Assembly: GCA_963736005.1 (NCBI GenBank)
Contig: CAVTNB010000001.1
Coordinates: 1,088,001 to 1,152,000, forward strand
Direction: 5' to 3'
DNA: 64,000 nt
Source: an uncultured Pseudomonadota bacterium
Lineage (GTDB): Bacteria > Vulcanimicrobiota > Vulcanimicrobiia > Eremiobacterales > Eremiobacteraceae
The position numbers and the translations under genes are program-made. Positions 1 to 9,966 of this stretch are shown here, piece after piece (position 1 is the stretch's first letter; every line of letters starts with the position of its first letter). The notes below the pieces were generated by a model, which saw only the letters and a program-made list of their open reading frames with translations, was not told where the DNA came from and did not search any database.

Positions 1-73
1 ACGACTGCTGTGAGGTCGCGAAGAATTTCGCGTAGTTTGGTTTCGGCGATTGGTCGCGAAGACACGTGCGACA

Positions 74-739
74 CTACATCACCTTGCACGCGAGGTGGTT
101 GATCCGCGATGCGACGCAGGCTGCGCCAAATCCGTTGTCGATATTCACAACGCTGACGCCCACCGCGCAGGCGTTAAGCATAGCAAGGAGCGCTGCGATG
201 CCTTGATACGAGGCACCATATCCCACGCTCGTCGGCGTTGCAATGACCGGTTTGTCGGTGAGGCCAGCGATGACCGAGGGAAGAGCGCCATCCATGCCGG
301 CCACGGCGACGATTGCATTCGCCGAGCGCAGCAAGTCGCGGTGGTTGAGAACGCGGTGCAGTCCAGCGACCCCCACGTCGTTGACCCGCGTGACGCAATT
401 GCCCATGAGATCCAGCGAGATAGCTGCTTCCGCCGCCACCGGCGCGTCCGCGGTTCCAGCGGAGATGACGGCAACTGATCCCACGCGCGGCAGCGGGCGC
501 ATCTCACAGGCGATAATCCGTGCTTCTTCATAAAACAGCGCCGCGGGAAGCAGCGATCGCACGGCCGCAAAGGTCGATCCGGACGCGCGCGTTGCCATGA
601 CCACCGGCGCGCTCTCGGCGAGCGAAACGGCGATGTTGGCGATCTGTTCGTCGCTCTTGCCGGGGCAAAAGATGACTTCGGGGAAGCCCGTGCGCTCGGC
701 CCGCTCGTGATCGAGGGTTGCGAAACCATCCTCAGGCAT
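74..739 (-). CDS. larB: Nickel pincer cofactor biosynthesis protein LarB (PurE/AIR carboxylase-like)
   Basis: 221 aa with motifs DHERAERTGFPEVIFCPGK, SAGTAD, AGMDGALPS, PTSVGYG, VVNIDNGFGA characteristic of LarB. Confidence 0.9.
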   Translation of the reverse strand: MPEDGFATLDHERAERTGFPEVIFCPGKSDEQIANIAVSLAESAPVVMATRASGSTFAAVRSLLPAALFYEEARIIACEMRPLPRVGSVAVISAGTADAPVAAEAAISLDLMGNCVTRVNDVGVAGLHRVLNHRDLLRSANAIVAVAGMDGALPSVIAGLTDKPVIATPTSVGYGASYQGIAALLAMLNACAVGVSVVNIDNGFGAACVASRINHLACKVM

Positions 740-802
740 GCTCTGGGCTTTGAATGTTCGAGGGGATTCCCTGCACTCGCGAACAAACTCGCGACCGTAC
801 GT

Positions 803-2314
803 ATGTCGCTGAAGCAGCTTTTTACTTCACAGCCGCTGGATCGCGTTCGACCTGACGAGGAAGGTCCAAAACTGCGGCGTGTTTTAGGTTGGCCCGGACT
901 TCTTGCCATTGGGTTAGGCACCATGCTCGGCGGGATCTTTACCACCATCGGGGTGGGCGCGCAAGCTGCCGGACCGGGCGTCATCATGGGCTTCCTCGTC
1001 TCAGGCGTTGCGTGCATTTTCGTTGCACTTTGCTATGCGGAGTTCGCCTCGATGGTACCGGTGGCAGGTAGCGCGTACACGTACGCCTACGCGACGCTGG
1101 GCGAGATTGTCGCCTGGGTGATCGGCTGGGATCTCATTTTAGAGTACGGCATCAGCGCCGCTCCGGTGGCGTCTTCGTGGTCTGGCTACGTTCAGGATTT
1201 GTTGGGGAGCGTCGGCATCAGACTTCCCCAATGGGCGCACATAGCGAAACTCGATGCGACTGCGGTTCCAGTTCACCTCGGGCCGTGGCATTTCAATATG
1301 CTCAATTCGATCAATTTGGCGGGCTCGCAGATCGACGTCGTCGCCGCGCTCGGCGTGCTTGGCATGAGTATCCTGCTCGCCATCGGCATTAAGGAGTCAG
1401 CCGGAACCAACGCAGCATTCGTCATTCTCCAAGTGGTTGCGTTCGTCGTCTTTATCGTCGGCTGCATCGCTTTTGTTTCTCCAAAGCATCTCCATCCGTT
1501 TTCCCCATTCGGCACGCGCGGAATCGTGCAAAGCGCGGCCCTGGTCTTCTTCGCCTACATTGGTTTCGATACGGTAACCGTCGCGTCTGAGGAGTCGAAG
1601 AATCCTCGACGCGATGTGCCGATCGGGATCATCGGCTCGCTGGTTGTCGGCGGCATTCTTTACATGATCATCGCGTACATCACGGTCGGTATCGTGCCCT
1701 GGCAGCACATCGAGTCGAACTCAGCCATGAGTCAGGCAGCGCGATTGGCGGGCAATGCTCCTATTTTTGTCGCCTTTGTCACGATTGGTGCCATCGCCGG
1801 CAACATCTCCGTCATGTTGACCTCTCTGCTCGGTCAAACCCGGATTTTCTACGTCATGGCGCGCGACCAACTGTTGCCCGAGGTTGTATCGAGGATTCAC
1901 CCGCGCTTTCATACACCGGCACGTATGACGATGATCACCGGCGTCATCGTCGCCATTATGGCTGCCATCATTCCGCTCGAGAAGCTCCTCGAGCTGGTTA
2001 ACATCGGAACGCTCTCCGCATTTTCCATTGTCTGTCTGGGCGTTTTGATATTGCGTTTCACGCATCCCAACGCAAATCGTCCTTTCAAGGCGCCGGCCGG
2101 TCCTCTCGTGGCAGTTCTGGGACTGCTCATGTGTTTGTATCTCATCGTCTTCGGACTAGCCGTGCCGACGCTCATTCGCTTTGTCGTGTGGTTTGCCGTT
2201 GGCATCGTCATTTATGCATTCTACGGGTACCGTCACAGCCGGCTGCGAACGGAGGTTCTTGCAAACAAGATCGCGGCCGATCCGTCGCAGGGAGGGCAAA
2301 ATGGAACCGCTTGA
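803..2314 (+). CDS. APC-family amino acid permease
   Basis: About 12 hydrophobic segments; GTMLGGIF, CYAEFASMVPVAGSAYTYAY, FFAYIGFD, EESKNPRRD motifs; ATG at 803 chosen within ORF 707..2314. Confidence 0.9.
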   Translation: MSLKQLFTSQPLDRVRPDEEGPKLRRVLGWPGLLAIGLGTMLGGIFTTIGVGAQAAGPGVIMGFLVSGVACIFVALCYAEFASMVPVAGSAYTYAYATLGEIVAWVIGWDLILEYGISAAPVASSWSGYVQDLLGSVGIRLPQWAHIAKLDATAVPVHLGPWHFNMLNSINLAGSQIDVVAALGVLGMSILLAIGIKESAGTNAAFVILQVVAFVVFIVGCIAFVSPKHLHPFSPFGTRGIVQSAALVFFAYIGFDTVTVASEESKNPRRDVPIGIIGSLVVGGILYMIIAYITVGIVPWQHIESNSAMSQAARLAGNAPIFVAFVTIGAIAGNISVMLTSLLGQTRIFYVMARDQLLPEVVSRIHPRFHTPARMTMITGVIVAIMAAIIPLEKLLELVNIGTLSAFSIVCLGVLILRFTHPNANRPFKAPAGPLVAVLGLLMCLYLIVFGLAVPTLIRFVVWFAVGIVIYAFYGYRHSRLRTEVLANKIAADPSQGGQNGTA

Positions 2315-2729
2315 CCTTACCAAGCACCCGCCGCGCAGTCCGCGCGAGACGCTCGCCGGTCTCACGTGGTTGCCACGCACCATTGACAAGATGCGCGCGC
2401 TGCTTCCCGGAGGAAATATCGGTTCTTATAACCTTCCGGGTAGCAGCACCCGCATGCTCGCCGCAATCGGCATCGAGCCAGATCAACTTCAAGCGGTCGT
2501 CGCACGGGCCAAATCCGAGGATGAGGTGGCCAATTGGGTGCTCGCACATACCGACTCCTCAAAATTCGGCGACATGAATAAAGCAGCTGCCGAGCGATCT
2601 ATCAATGACATCGAGCCCGAGCGACGCGCCCGTTTCGCAGAGATGTACCCGCATCACGCGACGGTCTCGAGCGGGCTGATTTTTGACATCATCGATCACG
2701 ACGATGCCAAGCTCTTCGGCAAGGCATGA
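2301..2729 (+). CDS. DUF5069-like protein
   Basis: GGAGG RBS before ATG 2301; N-terminus DLTKHPPRSPRETLAGLTWLPRTIDKMRA resembles DUF5069. Confidence 0.7.
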   Translation: MEPLDLTKHPPRSPRETLAGLTWLPRTIDKMRALLPGGNIGSYNLPGSSTRMLAAIGIEPDQLQAVVARAKSEDEVANWVLAHTDSSKFGDMNKAAAERSINDIEPERRARFAEMYPHHATVSSGLIFDIIDHDDAKLFGKA

Positions 2730-3214
2730 GCGGAAGCACTCACAAGCGGATTAAGCCTCGTTCTCTTGCCGACTACCTCGCCGTGATGAGCCGCGCCGTC
2801 TATCAGGCCGGCTTGAGCTGGGCGCTCATCGATCGCCAGTGGGATGCGCTCTGCGATGCCTTCGAAGGTTTTGACCCGTCTCGGGTTTCGCGGTACGAGA
2901 CCAAAGACGTCAACCGCATCATGACGCTTCCGGGCATCCTGCATAGCGAGCGCAAGATCAAGGCAACCATACACAACGCACGGACCATGCTCGAACTCGA
3001 GCGCGAGCATGGTGGTTTTCGCGCGTATCTTCGGTCCCGCAAGACGTATGGGGCCACGCTCTCAGACCTCAAGAAACGTTTTGCCAATGTAGGCGATGTG
3101 AGCGCTTACTACTTTCTCTTTCGCGTTGGCGAGCGCGTGCCGTCATTTGGACGGTGGATCAAAACCGTTGAGGGAGAGCACCCAAGAGTACGCGAGATGG
3201 TGAGTTCGGGATAG
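2726..3214 (+). CDS. tag: DNA-3-methyladenine glycosylase I (Tag-like)
   Basis: YQAGLSWALI...AFEGFDP...GILHSERKIKATIHNA; ATGA overlap with the upstream gene. Confidence 0.75.
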   Translation: MSGSTHKRIKPRSLADYLAVMSRAVYQAGLSWALIDRQWDALCDAFEGFDPSRVSRYETKDVNRIMTLPGILHSERKIKATIHNARTMLELEREHGGFRAYLRSRKTYGATLSDLKKRFANVGDVSAYYFLFRVGERVPSFGRWIKTVEGEHPRVREMVSSG

Positions 3215-3220
3215 GCGGCC

Positions 3221-3640
3221 TCAGCGGCACGCGTAGCGCAAATCGACCCAAAAAAACGATAGGCCGACCACGGCGAGCACGAGGCTGATCGGCAGCAGCG
3301 TGACGCACGCTTCGCCGATCCACAGGGGAATGGCGCGTGCATAGGCCTTTTGTTTCGGCAGCAGCGTAAGGGCCATGATCGCTATGCCCGCTGCCATGAT
3401 CAATGGGATCCACCGAAGCTCGTGGCCGAGGCGCGCGATGGATGGCGTCTCACAGCGACGCCACACAAGCAGCAGGAGCAAGAAAAAGTCGATAAGCCAG
3501 CGGAGTGTGGCGGCAACGAAGACAGCGTAACCGAGCCACGGCAAAAAAAAGCCTGGGTGTGCGGGGGTCATCAAAAGACGGTAGCGCTCGCGCACGCCTT
3601 GCGTATACTTCGACCAAAAGAGCGCAAAACGATAGATCAC
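3221..3640 (-). CDS. Hypothetical membrane protein
   Basis: 139 aa with 3 hydrophobic segments; fills the gap between neighbours. Confidence 0.5.
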   Translation of the reverse strand: MIYRFALFWSKYTQGVRERYRLLMTPAHPGFFLPWLGYAVFVAATLRWLIDFFLLLLLVWRRCETPSIARLGHELRWIPLIMAAGIAIMALTLLPKQKAYARAIPLWIGEACVTLLPISLVLAVVGLSFFWVDLRYACR

Positions 3641-3667
3641 ACCTGCGCTCCAATCGCCCTGGGCGAC

Positions 3668-3693
3668 GGGGCGATTTGCCGATCGCCCCCTAC
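3668..3693 (-). repeat. REP-like hairpin, family B (GTAG-GGGGCGAT..ATCGCCCC)
   Basis: ggggcgatttgccgatcgccccctac, about 15 nt downstream of the stop of 3709..4176. Confidence 0.75.
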
Positions 3694-3708
3694 AATATTA
3701 TTTCGTGT

Positions 3709-4176
3709 TTATTTGGTACAGGAAGTTTGCCCGGCCAAGTTGCCGTTGCGCCAGATAGCGATACCCATTCGGTTGGGACCGTTTCGTGTAATGACCTGGC
3801 GCTGCGATCGAGCGCTGCCGCGGTTGGTGTAGGTTCCCGTGTAGGTCATGGTGTTGCCCTGCCAGCCTGCCGAGGTCATCGTCCAATAACCGCCGCTGCT
3901 GTCGACGCCGACGTTGACCCACCCACCTCCGACTGCATCGCTATAGACAAACGAGTGCGAAATGTTGCCATTGCCTTGGCTTCGATACGTCAACCAGGGA
4001 CCAAACTCAGGAGTAATATTGAGATTTCCACTCGTACACCGCCAAGAACCCGCGAAGAATGGCTGACCGCCCGCTGCCGCGACCATCGTCTTCGTGTTGA
4101 GTTCGTGAGCCGATGCAATGGTCGCGAGCGCAGCAAGGAAGAGCGCCATAAAGAGCGACGTGAGAATGCGATTCAT
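3709..4176 (-). CDS. Secreted hypothetical protein (beta-rich)
   Basis: GAGGAG RBS; signal peptide MNRILTSLFMALFLAALATIASA; FAGSWRC start and terminal Cys. Confidence 0.65.
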   Translation of the reverse strand: MNRILTSLFMALFLAALATIASAHELNTKTMVAAAGGQPFFAGSWRCTSGNLNITPEFGPWLTYRSQGNGNISHSFVYSDAVGGGWVNVGVDSSGGYWTMTSAGWQGNTMTYTGTYTNRGSARSQRQVITRNGPNRMGIAIWRNGNLAGQTSCTK

Positions 4177-4322
4177 CAGATATCTCCTCATGATGAGACA
4201 TTGCATTGTGAAGGGCAGAAAGCGTTCGGTTTTGGTGCGCTGCACTCTTGCAGGAGCGCTTCGCGAACCGTGTAAAGCCAGCTCAAAGAGCCACCGCTCC
4301 TGCATGGTTTGGGGGCGCAAAA

Positions 4323-5414
4323 ATGCGATCCGTTTTCACCTTGCCCTTTCCCCTGGTCGTCGTATTGCTGCTCGCGGTCTGCGGGCAGGCGCGCGCGGAT
4401 TCAACCGTCGTCGACGAGACAGGGCTCATGACGCAAAATGCGATCGCACAGATCGACAATCGCAACAGCTTGCTCCAGAACAACACCGGCACGTTTGTGG
4501 GCGTGCTTGTCCAGCACGGCACGGGTAGCGAAACCGCACTCGACGCAGCCAACGTGGCCACGAAAGCGTTGGGTCAAAAGTTTGGCGCCCTCATCTGGGT
4601 TGCAACAGATTCACAAAAGGCGGATATCGTCTTCGCCGATCAGGCGCTCAAATGGATCACCCCAGACCAACAGCGGGCTTTGCGAAGCCAACTCGCCACC
4701 TCGTTGCGGTATTGTTGCCCAAGCGATACCATTCCCGATGTCGTCGACAATATCGCCACTGCGCTCGAGAACGGCGCGAAAATTCCGACCGATCCTCGCA
4801 ACTACATTCGCGACGATCTCGGGCTCCTCGACGCCGCACACGTCTCGAGCATTGCGGCGCGCGAAGAACAACTTGAATCGACAACGGGCAAGGGGATCGG
4901 CGTTATTTTGATGGAGGAGCAACCGGGCACGACCTCAAGTGCGCTCGCGCTCTCTGACGCCCAGTCGCTCAACGTGAAGGGCGCCATTGCGGCCGTTATT
5001 TGGGTGGCGAGAAACAACGGCACGGTGACGTTCAACATGATCACCACTCCTGCGTACGTCGATGCAATTCCCGACTCAGCCGCCAACAACATCAACGCAA
5101 GTTTTCAGGCAGACATGCAGAGCGGGCAACTCGCAGATGCAATCGGCGCGGCGGTCGACCGAACCGCGGCCGCACTCGAGGCAAGTTCAACGCCCATGCC
5201 CTCTATCGCGCCATTGCAAAGCCCCGAAAATCCCGCAGCGAGCGGCTCCCCCTGGGAAACCGTTGGGGCAACGCCAGCTGGAGCGCCCAACCCAACGACC
5301 GTGCAATCCGGCACGTCAAGCACTTCAAGCGCATCAACTGCGTTCTTGCTCCTCATCGGCTTCGCAGTGCTCATCTTGATCGTGACCATGGCGCTACGTC
5401 GCCGCAACCAATAG
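4323..5414 (+). CDS. Tandem TPM-domain protein with C-terminal membrane anchor
   Basis: Signal peptide; two repeats (VVDETGLM.../IRDDLGLL...LESTTGKGIGVI); P/S/T-rich linker; C-terminal TM followed by RRR. Confidence 0.65.
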   Translation: MRSVFTLPFPLVVVLLLAVCGQARADSTVVDETGLMTQNAIAQIDNRNSLLQNNTGTFVGVLVQHGTGSETALDAANVATKALGQKFGALIWVATDSQKADIVFADQALKWITPDQQRALRSQLATSLRYCCPSDTIPDVVDNIATALENGAKIPTDPRNYIRDDLGLLDAAHVSSIAAREEQLESTTGKGIGVILMEEQPGTTSSALALSDAQSLNVKGAIAAVIWVARNNGTVTFNMITTPAYVDAIPDSAANNINASFQADMQSGQLADAIGAAVDRTAAALEASSTPMPSIAPLQSPENPAASGSPWETVGATPAGAPNPTTVQSGTSSTSSASTAFLLLIGFAVLILIVTMALRRRNQ

Positions 5415-5418
5415 GACG

Positions 5419-6810
5419 CTAACGGGCGGTCGGGGCAGGGTGGATCGTGCCTTTTTTGTGCGCAGCTTTGAGGGCCGCGTAATCTCGCTCGGTTTGGTTG
5501 GCGTATTGCCGAGCGAAGCGTGCGATCGCCCGATCGAACCGGTCACTCGCGCCGAGATACCCACTGATGACGGCCGCATCTCCAGTTCGAGCGTGCGCAC
5601 GCGCTAGAATCGTTCCGCAGACCTGCGCGTAGGCGATAAACGACCGACCGGTCAGCTGTTCCAGCTCGATGGAGGCCTTCATGTCGCGGAGCTGGCGCAC
5701 GTAATAGTCACGCCCGCGATACGATGTCCATCCCAGAAACGCGTCGCTGGCCGCCTGCATGATGCGCTGCCCGGTGACTACTCGCTGACCTTGGTTGCGA
5801 AAGGGGCTCTGATTTTTGGGGGTTTCCAGGACGGAGTGATTCGCTTCTTTCGTTTGTAAGATGAGCGCATCGTCTTTCCCCGCCATGAAGAGCAGCACAC
5901 CGCAGCGCGTTCCGACACTGCCGACGCCCACGACTTTGACCGCCATGTCCACAAGTTGGTAGCGGTCGAAGAGAACCCGCACGTCGGCGCGCAGGCTGTC
6001 GCGATATTTATCGATGACGGAGTGCATGATTTGGCTGTGTGCATGATCCGTGACCGAATGATACACAAATGGAGGATTGTCGATGAATCGGCGCACAGCG
6101 TTGCGACTCTCCGTCATCTTCCCGAGAATGACATCAGGCGTGCGGCCGCGCACCCGCAGCGCACCGCGTTCCAACGATTGGAGCTGACCCGAGGTCTGGG
6201 CGATATCTTTGAGGATATCCTCGACATCCAGGTGCGAATACCAGACTTGCAATGCAGTCTTGTTTGCAAGTCTTGCCATGTGTTCTCGGTAGTGACGCGT
6301 GGCCGAGAGCGCTGCATCATCACAACAATCACCGTCGAAATTGGTGGAGCGACCGGCCACGACAATGCTCGCTGCAAGACGCTTGACATCAAATTCCCAC
6401 GGCGCGAAAAGAGTCTCGTCGAAATCGTTGATATCGAAAACGAAATTGCGTTCTGGCGTTGCATACCCGCCAAAGTTTGCAAGGTGACAATCGCCGCATG
6501 CGTTCACCTGGTAGCCGGTCAGCGGCAGCTTGGCAAGGTCGTGCGCCATCACCACTGCGGCGCCCCGCATGAACGCAAAAGGTGATTGGAGCATCCGCGC
6601 GTAGCGGATTGGTACGAGACTTTTCACGCGTTGGCGGTTCTGCTGCCTGAGCAGCTCGATTGGGTCCGGCCGGCCTGGCCATGGAGCCCACTGCCCCTGC
6701 GCTGCCCTGGGAACCTTAGCGCGCAACGCTTTACCGTGCGCTTGGCGCTCTTTGATCGTGGGAAGCCCGCTTGCGTAAGGCTTGCGAGCCGGTCTTGCGA
6801 TGCGAGCCAA
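5419..6810 (-). CDS. DUF2252 family protein (kinase-like)
   Basis: LVPIRYARM..SPFAFMRGAA, CGDCHLANFG, FDINDFDE, KVVGVGSVG, YYVRQLRDMK. Confidence 0.9.
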   Translation of the reverse strand: MARIARPARKPYASGLPTIKERQAHGKALRAKVPRAAQGQWAPWPGRPDPIELLRQQNRQRVKSLVPIRYARMLQSPFAFMRGAAVVMAHDLAKLPLTGYQVNACGDCHLANFGGYATPERNFVFDINDFDETLFAPWEFDVKRLAASIVVAGRSTNFDGDCCDDAALSATRHYREHMARLANKTALQVWYSHLDVEDILKDIAQTSGQLQSLERGALRVRGRTPDVILGKMTESRNAVRRFIDNPPFVYHSVTDHAHSQIMHSVIDKYRDSLRADVRVLFDRYQLVDMAVKVVGVGSVGTRCGVLLFMAGKDDALILQTKEANHSVLETPKNQSPFRNQGQRVVTGQRIMQAASDAFLGWTSYRGRDYYVRQLRDMKASIELEQLTGRSFIAYAQVCGTILARAHARTGDAAVISGYLGASDRFDRAIARFARQYANQTERDYAALKAAHKKGTIHPAPTAR

Positions 6811-6865
6811 GGGCGTGCCTCCAGTTGGATGAAACGCAAGGGCCTCCGGACAATTACTTCAGCCC

Positions 6866-8239
6866 GTGTTCAAAATCCCTATCCGCGTCGTGCTCCTCGT
6901 CTGCGCCGTCAGCGCGATCGCTGCTCGCGGCGATTTTCCAATCGCCGCATCCAGCCGCGCGGACGCGGCGACGATGACCTGTGACTACTCGTTCATTGTC
7001 CACCAGCCGATCTACCAGCTCGTCGCGCCCCAGGAAAGCGGCACCGACGTCTCGCTCGCCACGCCGCTTGGGATTCAGTCTGACGGAAGCTTTTCCACGA
7101 TCAAGCAGGTCGAGCTCGTGCCCGATAGCGGATCGCCGATCGTCTTGACACCTCGTTTTACACCCTACACGCCGCCAAGCATCTTGCACAAGAGTCGAAA
7201 CTTTGCGAGCCCCGCCTCCGCCATTGTGACGATGCCGCTACCGAGGCTCAAGCCCTCCACAACGTACGATGTCGTTTTTTCGGTGACCACCCTCGCTGCG
7301 CCGTCCGGTTGCCCAAAAACGCTGACGGAGCACATCGCTCGCTTCACGACGGAATCGGCAACCTCGCTCGACGCCATAGCCCTCGCACATGAAGCGGCTG
7401 CCCCACCGTCCGGTAACAAGCTCTCCGGATCGGACATTTTCGATAACGCGCTGCACACGCTGCGCACGTTTGACTACCCGCCGGTGGTTTCGTTCATCGT
7501 CACGTCACGCTCGACGATCGGCGGCAAGCCGTTCATCGAAGAATTCCGGTCGAGTTTGCGAACGAGTGATGGAATAGTGATCACGCACTCCGTGCCAGTG
7601 GTCACGACGAACCAGCCTGAAAATCCGTGGGGATGGCGCATCAACATTCCAATCCTTAGTGCGCTTTTTCCGAGCCAGCGAAAGGGTAATTATTCGCAAC
7701 CGTTTGGCGTTCCCGAAATCTCACCCACCTACGCCTTCGGGCTCTTGCCACGCAAGCCCACGGAGTTCCCAGGAATGCGCACCTCCGATGATGAGGACTC
7801 TGGTGTCAGATCCCTCGGTCGCGTGCTCTCGATCGCCCGCGACTACGAAGCTGAGCTGTTGGATGTCGAGCCTTATCGCAATCGCTACGTCTATCACCTG
7901 AAGCTGACGCCAATCGATAGACCTGACTACTACCGTTTGCGCGAAGCTTGGGTTGATACGCAAGGCTTCATCATTTGGAAGCTGCGCAGCGCGGGAATCT
8001 TTGACGAAGGGCCGGCGACGACCGTACCGTGGGATGCGGAGTACACGGTCGCGGACGGCCACTGGTTCATGGCCTCGGAATATACGGCGTCCACCATTAA
8101 GACCGGTGGTTTGTTGAGCAACTCACCACCGGTGAATTACGACGGCATGAGCTACACATTTTCGGACTTTGCGTATCCACAGGATACCATGGACCTCGAC
8201 TTCTTCAGTGAAGTCAAGACGGACGCGGTCCAATACTAG
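6866..8239 (+). CDS. Secreted hypothetical two-domain protein
   Basis: 457 aa ORF with signal-like N-terminus; C-terminal half has YHLKLTP..YRLREAWVD. Confidence 0.65.
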   Translation: MFKIPIRVVLLVCAVSAIAARGDFPIAASSRADAATMTCDYSFIVHQPIYQLVAPQESGTDVSLATPLGIQSDGSFSTIKQVELVPDSGSPIVLTPRFTPYTPPSILHKSRNFASPASAIVTMPLPRLKPSTTYDVVFSVTTLAAPSGCPKTLTEHIARFTTESATSLDAIALAHEAAAPPSGNKLSGSDIFDNALHTLRTFDYPPVVSFIVTSRSTIGGKPFIEEFRSSLRTSDGIVITHSVPVVTTNQPENPWGWRINIPILSALFPSQRKGNYSQPFGVPEISPTYAFGLLPRKPTEFPGMRTSDDEDSGVRSLGRVLSIARDYEAELLDVEPYRNRYVYHLKLTPIDRPDYYRLREAWVDTQGFIIWKLRSAGIFDEGPATTVPWDAEYTVADGHWFMASEYTASTIKTGGLLSNSPPVNYDGMSYTFSDFAYPQDTMDLDFFSEVKTDAVQY

Positions 8240-8267
8240 CGCGATCCCACCTGAGGGAGGAAGAAGA

Positions 8268-8699
8268 ATGCCACAGAGGACTGCGCAGGCGCAATGGACG
8301 GGTGACCTGCGCTCCGGTTCGGGCCACATGAAATTTGGCGGCGGAGCATTTGACGGCGCGTACTCGTTTGATTCTCGCTTTGGCGACGGCAAGGGAACGA
8401 ATCCAGAAGAACTGATTGCGGCAGCGCATGCGGGCTGCTTCACGATGGCGACCGCGGGCGGCCTTACCAAGGGCGGTTTCAAGCCGGAACGTTTGGCCAC
8501 CGTCGCGACAGTGCACCTCGAATCCGAAAGCGGTGGTTTTTCCATTCGACGGATAGATCTCAAGATGGACGCTTCGGTGCCGGGCATCGACGACGCAACG
8601 TTTCAAAAAATCGTTGCTGACGCAAAGAAAGGCTGCCCTGTTTCGCGGGCACTTGCCGGCGTGCCGGAAATCACGGCGCAGGCGACCCTGACAAAATAG
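8268..8699 (+). CDS. osmC: OsmC family peroxiredoxin
   Basis: GGAGG RBS; GTNPEELIAAAHAGCF and AKKGCPVSRAL motifs. Confidence 0.92.
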   Translation: MPQRTAQAQWTGDLRSGSGHMKFGGGAFDGAYSFDSRFGDGKGTNPEELIAAAHAGCFTMATAGGLTKGGFKPERLATVATVHLESESGGFSIRRIDLKMDASVPGIDDATFQKIVADAKKGCPVSRALAGVPEITAQATLTK

Positions 8700-8724
8700 C
8701 AGCGCTACCCTGGAGGATCTTCCT

Positions 8725-9918
8725 GTGAAAACCATCTTGATGGTGCTTGCCTTGGTATTTGTCATAAGTCGACCCGCGTGGGCGGCCGGCGGCGACAACG
8801 CGTTGCGCTCGGCGTTGACCGCAGATCTGAGCAACTACCTGGCAAGCCGGGCGAAGATCGAGCACATCTCCGCTGCTTCGTTGAGCGTCGATCTTCACGA
8901 CTCCACCTCAAACATCAATGTAGCAGCGGGAACCACGCAATATGGCGGCGGCAAGCCGGTGACCCCAAATAATCTCTTCCAGATCGGCAGCAACACCAAG
9001 GCCTTTACCTCCTCGATTCTTTTGCAGCTCGAGGCCGAAGGCAAACTCTCAATTGACGACCCGCTCGGGAAGTTTCTCCCTCAGTACCCGGCGTGGAAAG
9101 ACATCACGATTCGCCGTCTCCTCGATATGACGAGTCCAATTCCGACGTACGACGATACCGACTCGTTTATGGACGCCGTTGTGGCGCAGCCATATCGCAA
9201 GTTCACGACAGCCGACCTTGTCCATTATTGTTACCCCGGAACCCCAGGCGCGCCCAAGCCGCAGCACGGCTGGTACTATTCAAATACCAACTACATCCTC
9301 TCGGAAATGATCATCGAAAAGGTCACGGGCCAAAGCTACGAATCAGAAGTGCAAAGTCGCATCATTAACGCCATCCCGCTCGAAGACATGTACTACAGCC
9401 CTCATCTTTACCCATCCGCGGTTGCCATCCGCACGGTCTCTGGATACTTCTACAACCACACCCCGGAGAATAAACACCTAGCCCCGCTTTTGAATAAAGA
9501 CGTTCGGCTCTACAGTGTGTCGTGGGCCCAAGGCGCGGGGGCTGCAGTTGGATCACCTGAGGCGATGACCCATTGGGTGCGCGCGCTGTATCAAAGCCCG
9601 ACCTTCCTGCCCGCCGTGCAACGTCGCGAGATGATGACCATCGTGTCGCTGGCAACCGGAAAACCCATCGCAAGGACATCGCTTACGGACCCGCGTGCCT
9701 TTGGGTTAGGAGTCGCTCAACTGACAGAAAAGGAAACGGGGACAATCTGGTTCTACGAGGGCGAGACCCTAGGCTACCGCATGTTGTACGGCTACTTTCC
9801 AAAGCAGGACGTGGTGCTCGATGTCGGGCTCAACAGCCAGCCCGATGGAAACCAAGACAAAATTGGCATGCTCTTTACTTCGATTTATAAAACGCTGCAC
9901 GCGGCCGGTAAAATGTAA
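8725..9918 (+). CDS. Secreted serine hydrolase (beta-lactamase class C / D-Ala-D-Ala carboxypeptidase fold)
   Basis: Signal peptide; FQIGSNTK (SxxK) and YSNTNY (YxN). Confidence 0.85.
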   Translation: MKTILMVLALVFVISRPAWAAGGDNALRSALTADLSNYLASRAKIEHISAASLSVDLHDSTSNINVAAGTTQYGGGKPVTPNNLFQIGSNTKAFTSSILLQLEAEGKLSIDDPLGKFLPQYPAWKDITIRRLLDMTSPIPTYDDTDSFMDAVVAQPYRKFTTADLVHYCYPGTPGAPKPQHGWYYSNTNYILSEMIIEKVTGQSYESEVQSRIINAIPLEDMYYSPHLYPSAVAIRTVSGYFYNHTPENKHLAPLLNKDVRLYSVSWAQGAGAAVGSPEAMTHWVRALYQSPTFLPAVQRREMMTIVSLATGKPIARTSLTDPRAFGLGVAQLTEKETGTIWFYEGETLGYRMLYGYFPKQDVVLDVGLNSQPDGNQDKIGMLFTSIYKTLHAAGKM

Positions 9919-9950
9919 AAAAAGAGGGGCGATCTTTCAATCGCCCCTAC
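9917..9950 (-). terminator. REP family B hairpin with U-tract, probable intrinsic terminator between convergent genes
   Basis: aaaaaaagaggggcgatctttcaatcgcccctac: hairpin followed by a T-run on the minus strand. Confidence 0.7.
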
Positions 9951-9966
9951 TTGATCCTCCTTGGCC

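Noticed and set aside
74..739. purE assignment
   Set aside because: The N-terminal DHER..RTGFPEV extension and PTSVGYG/NIDNGFGA motifs indicate LarB.
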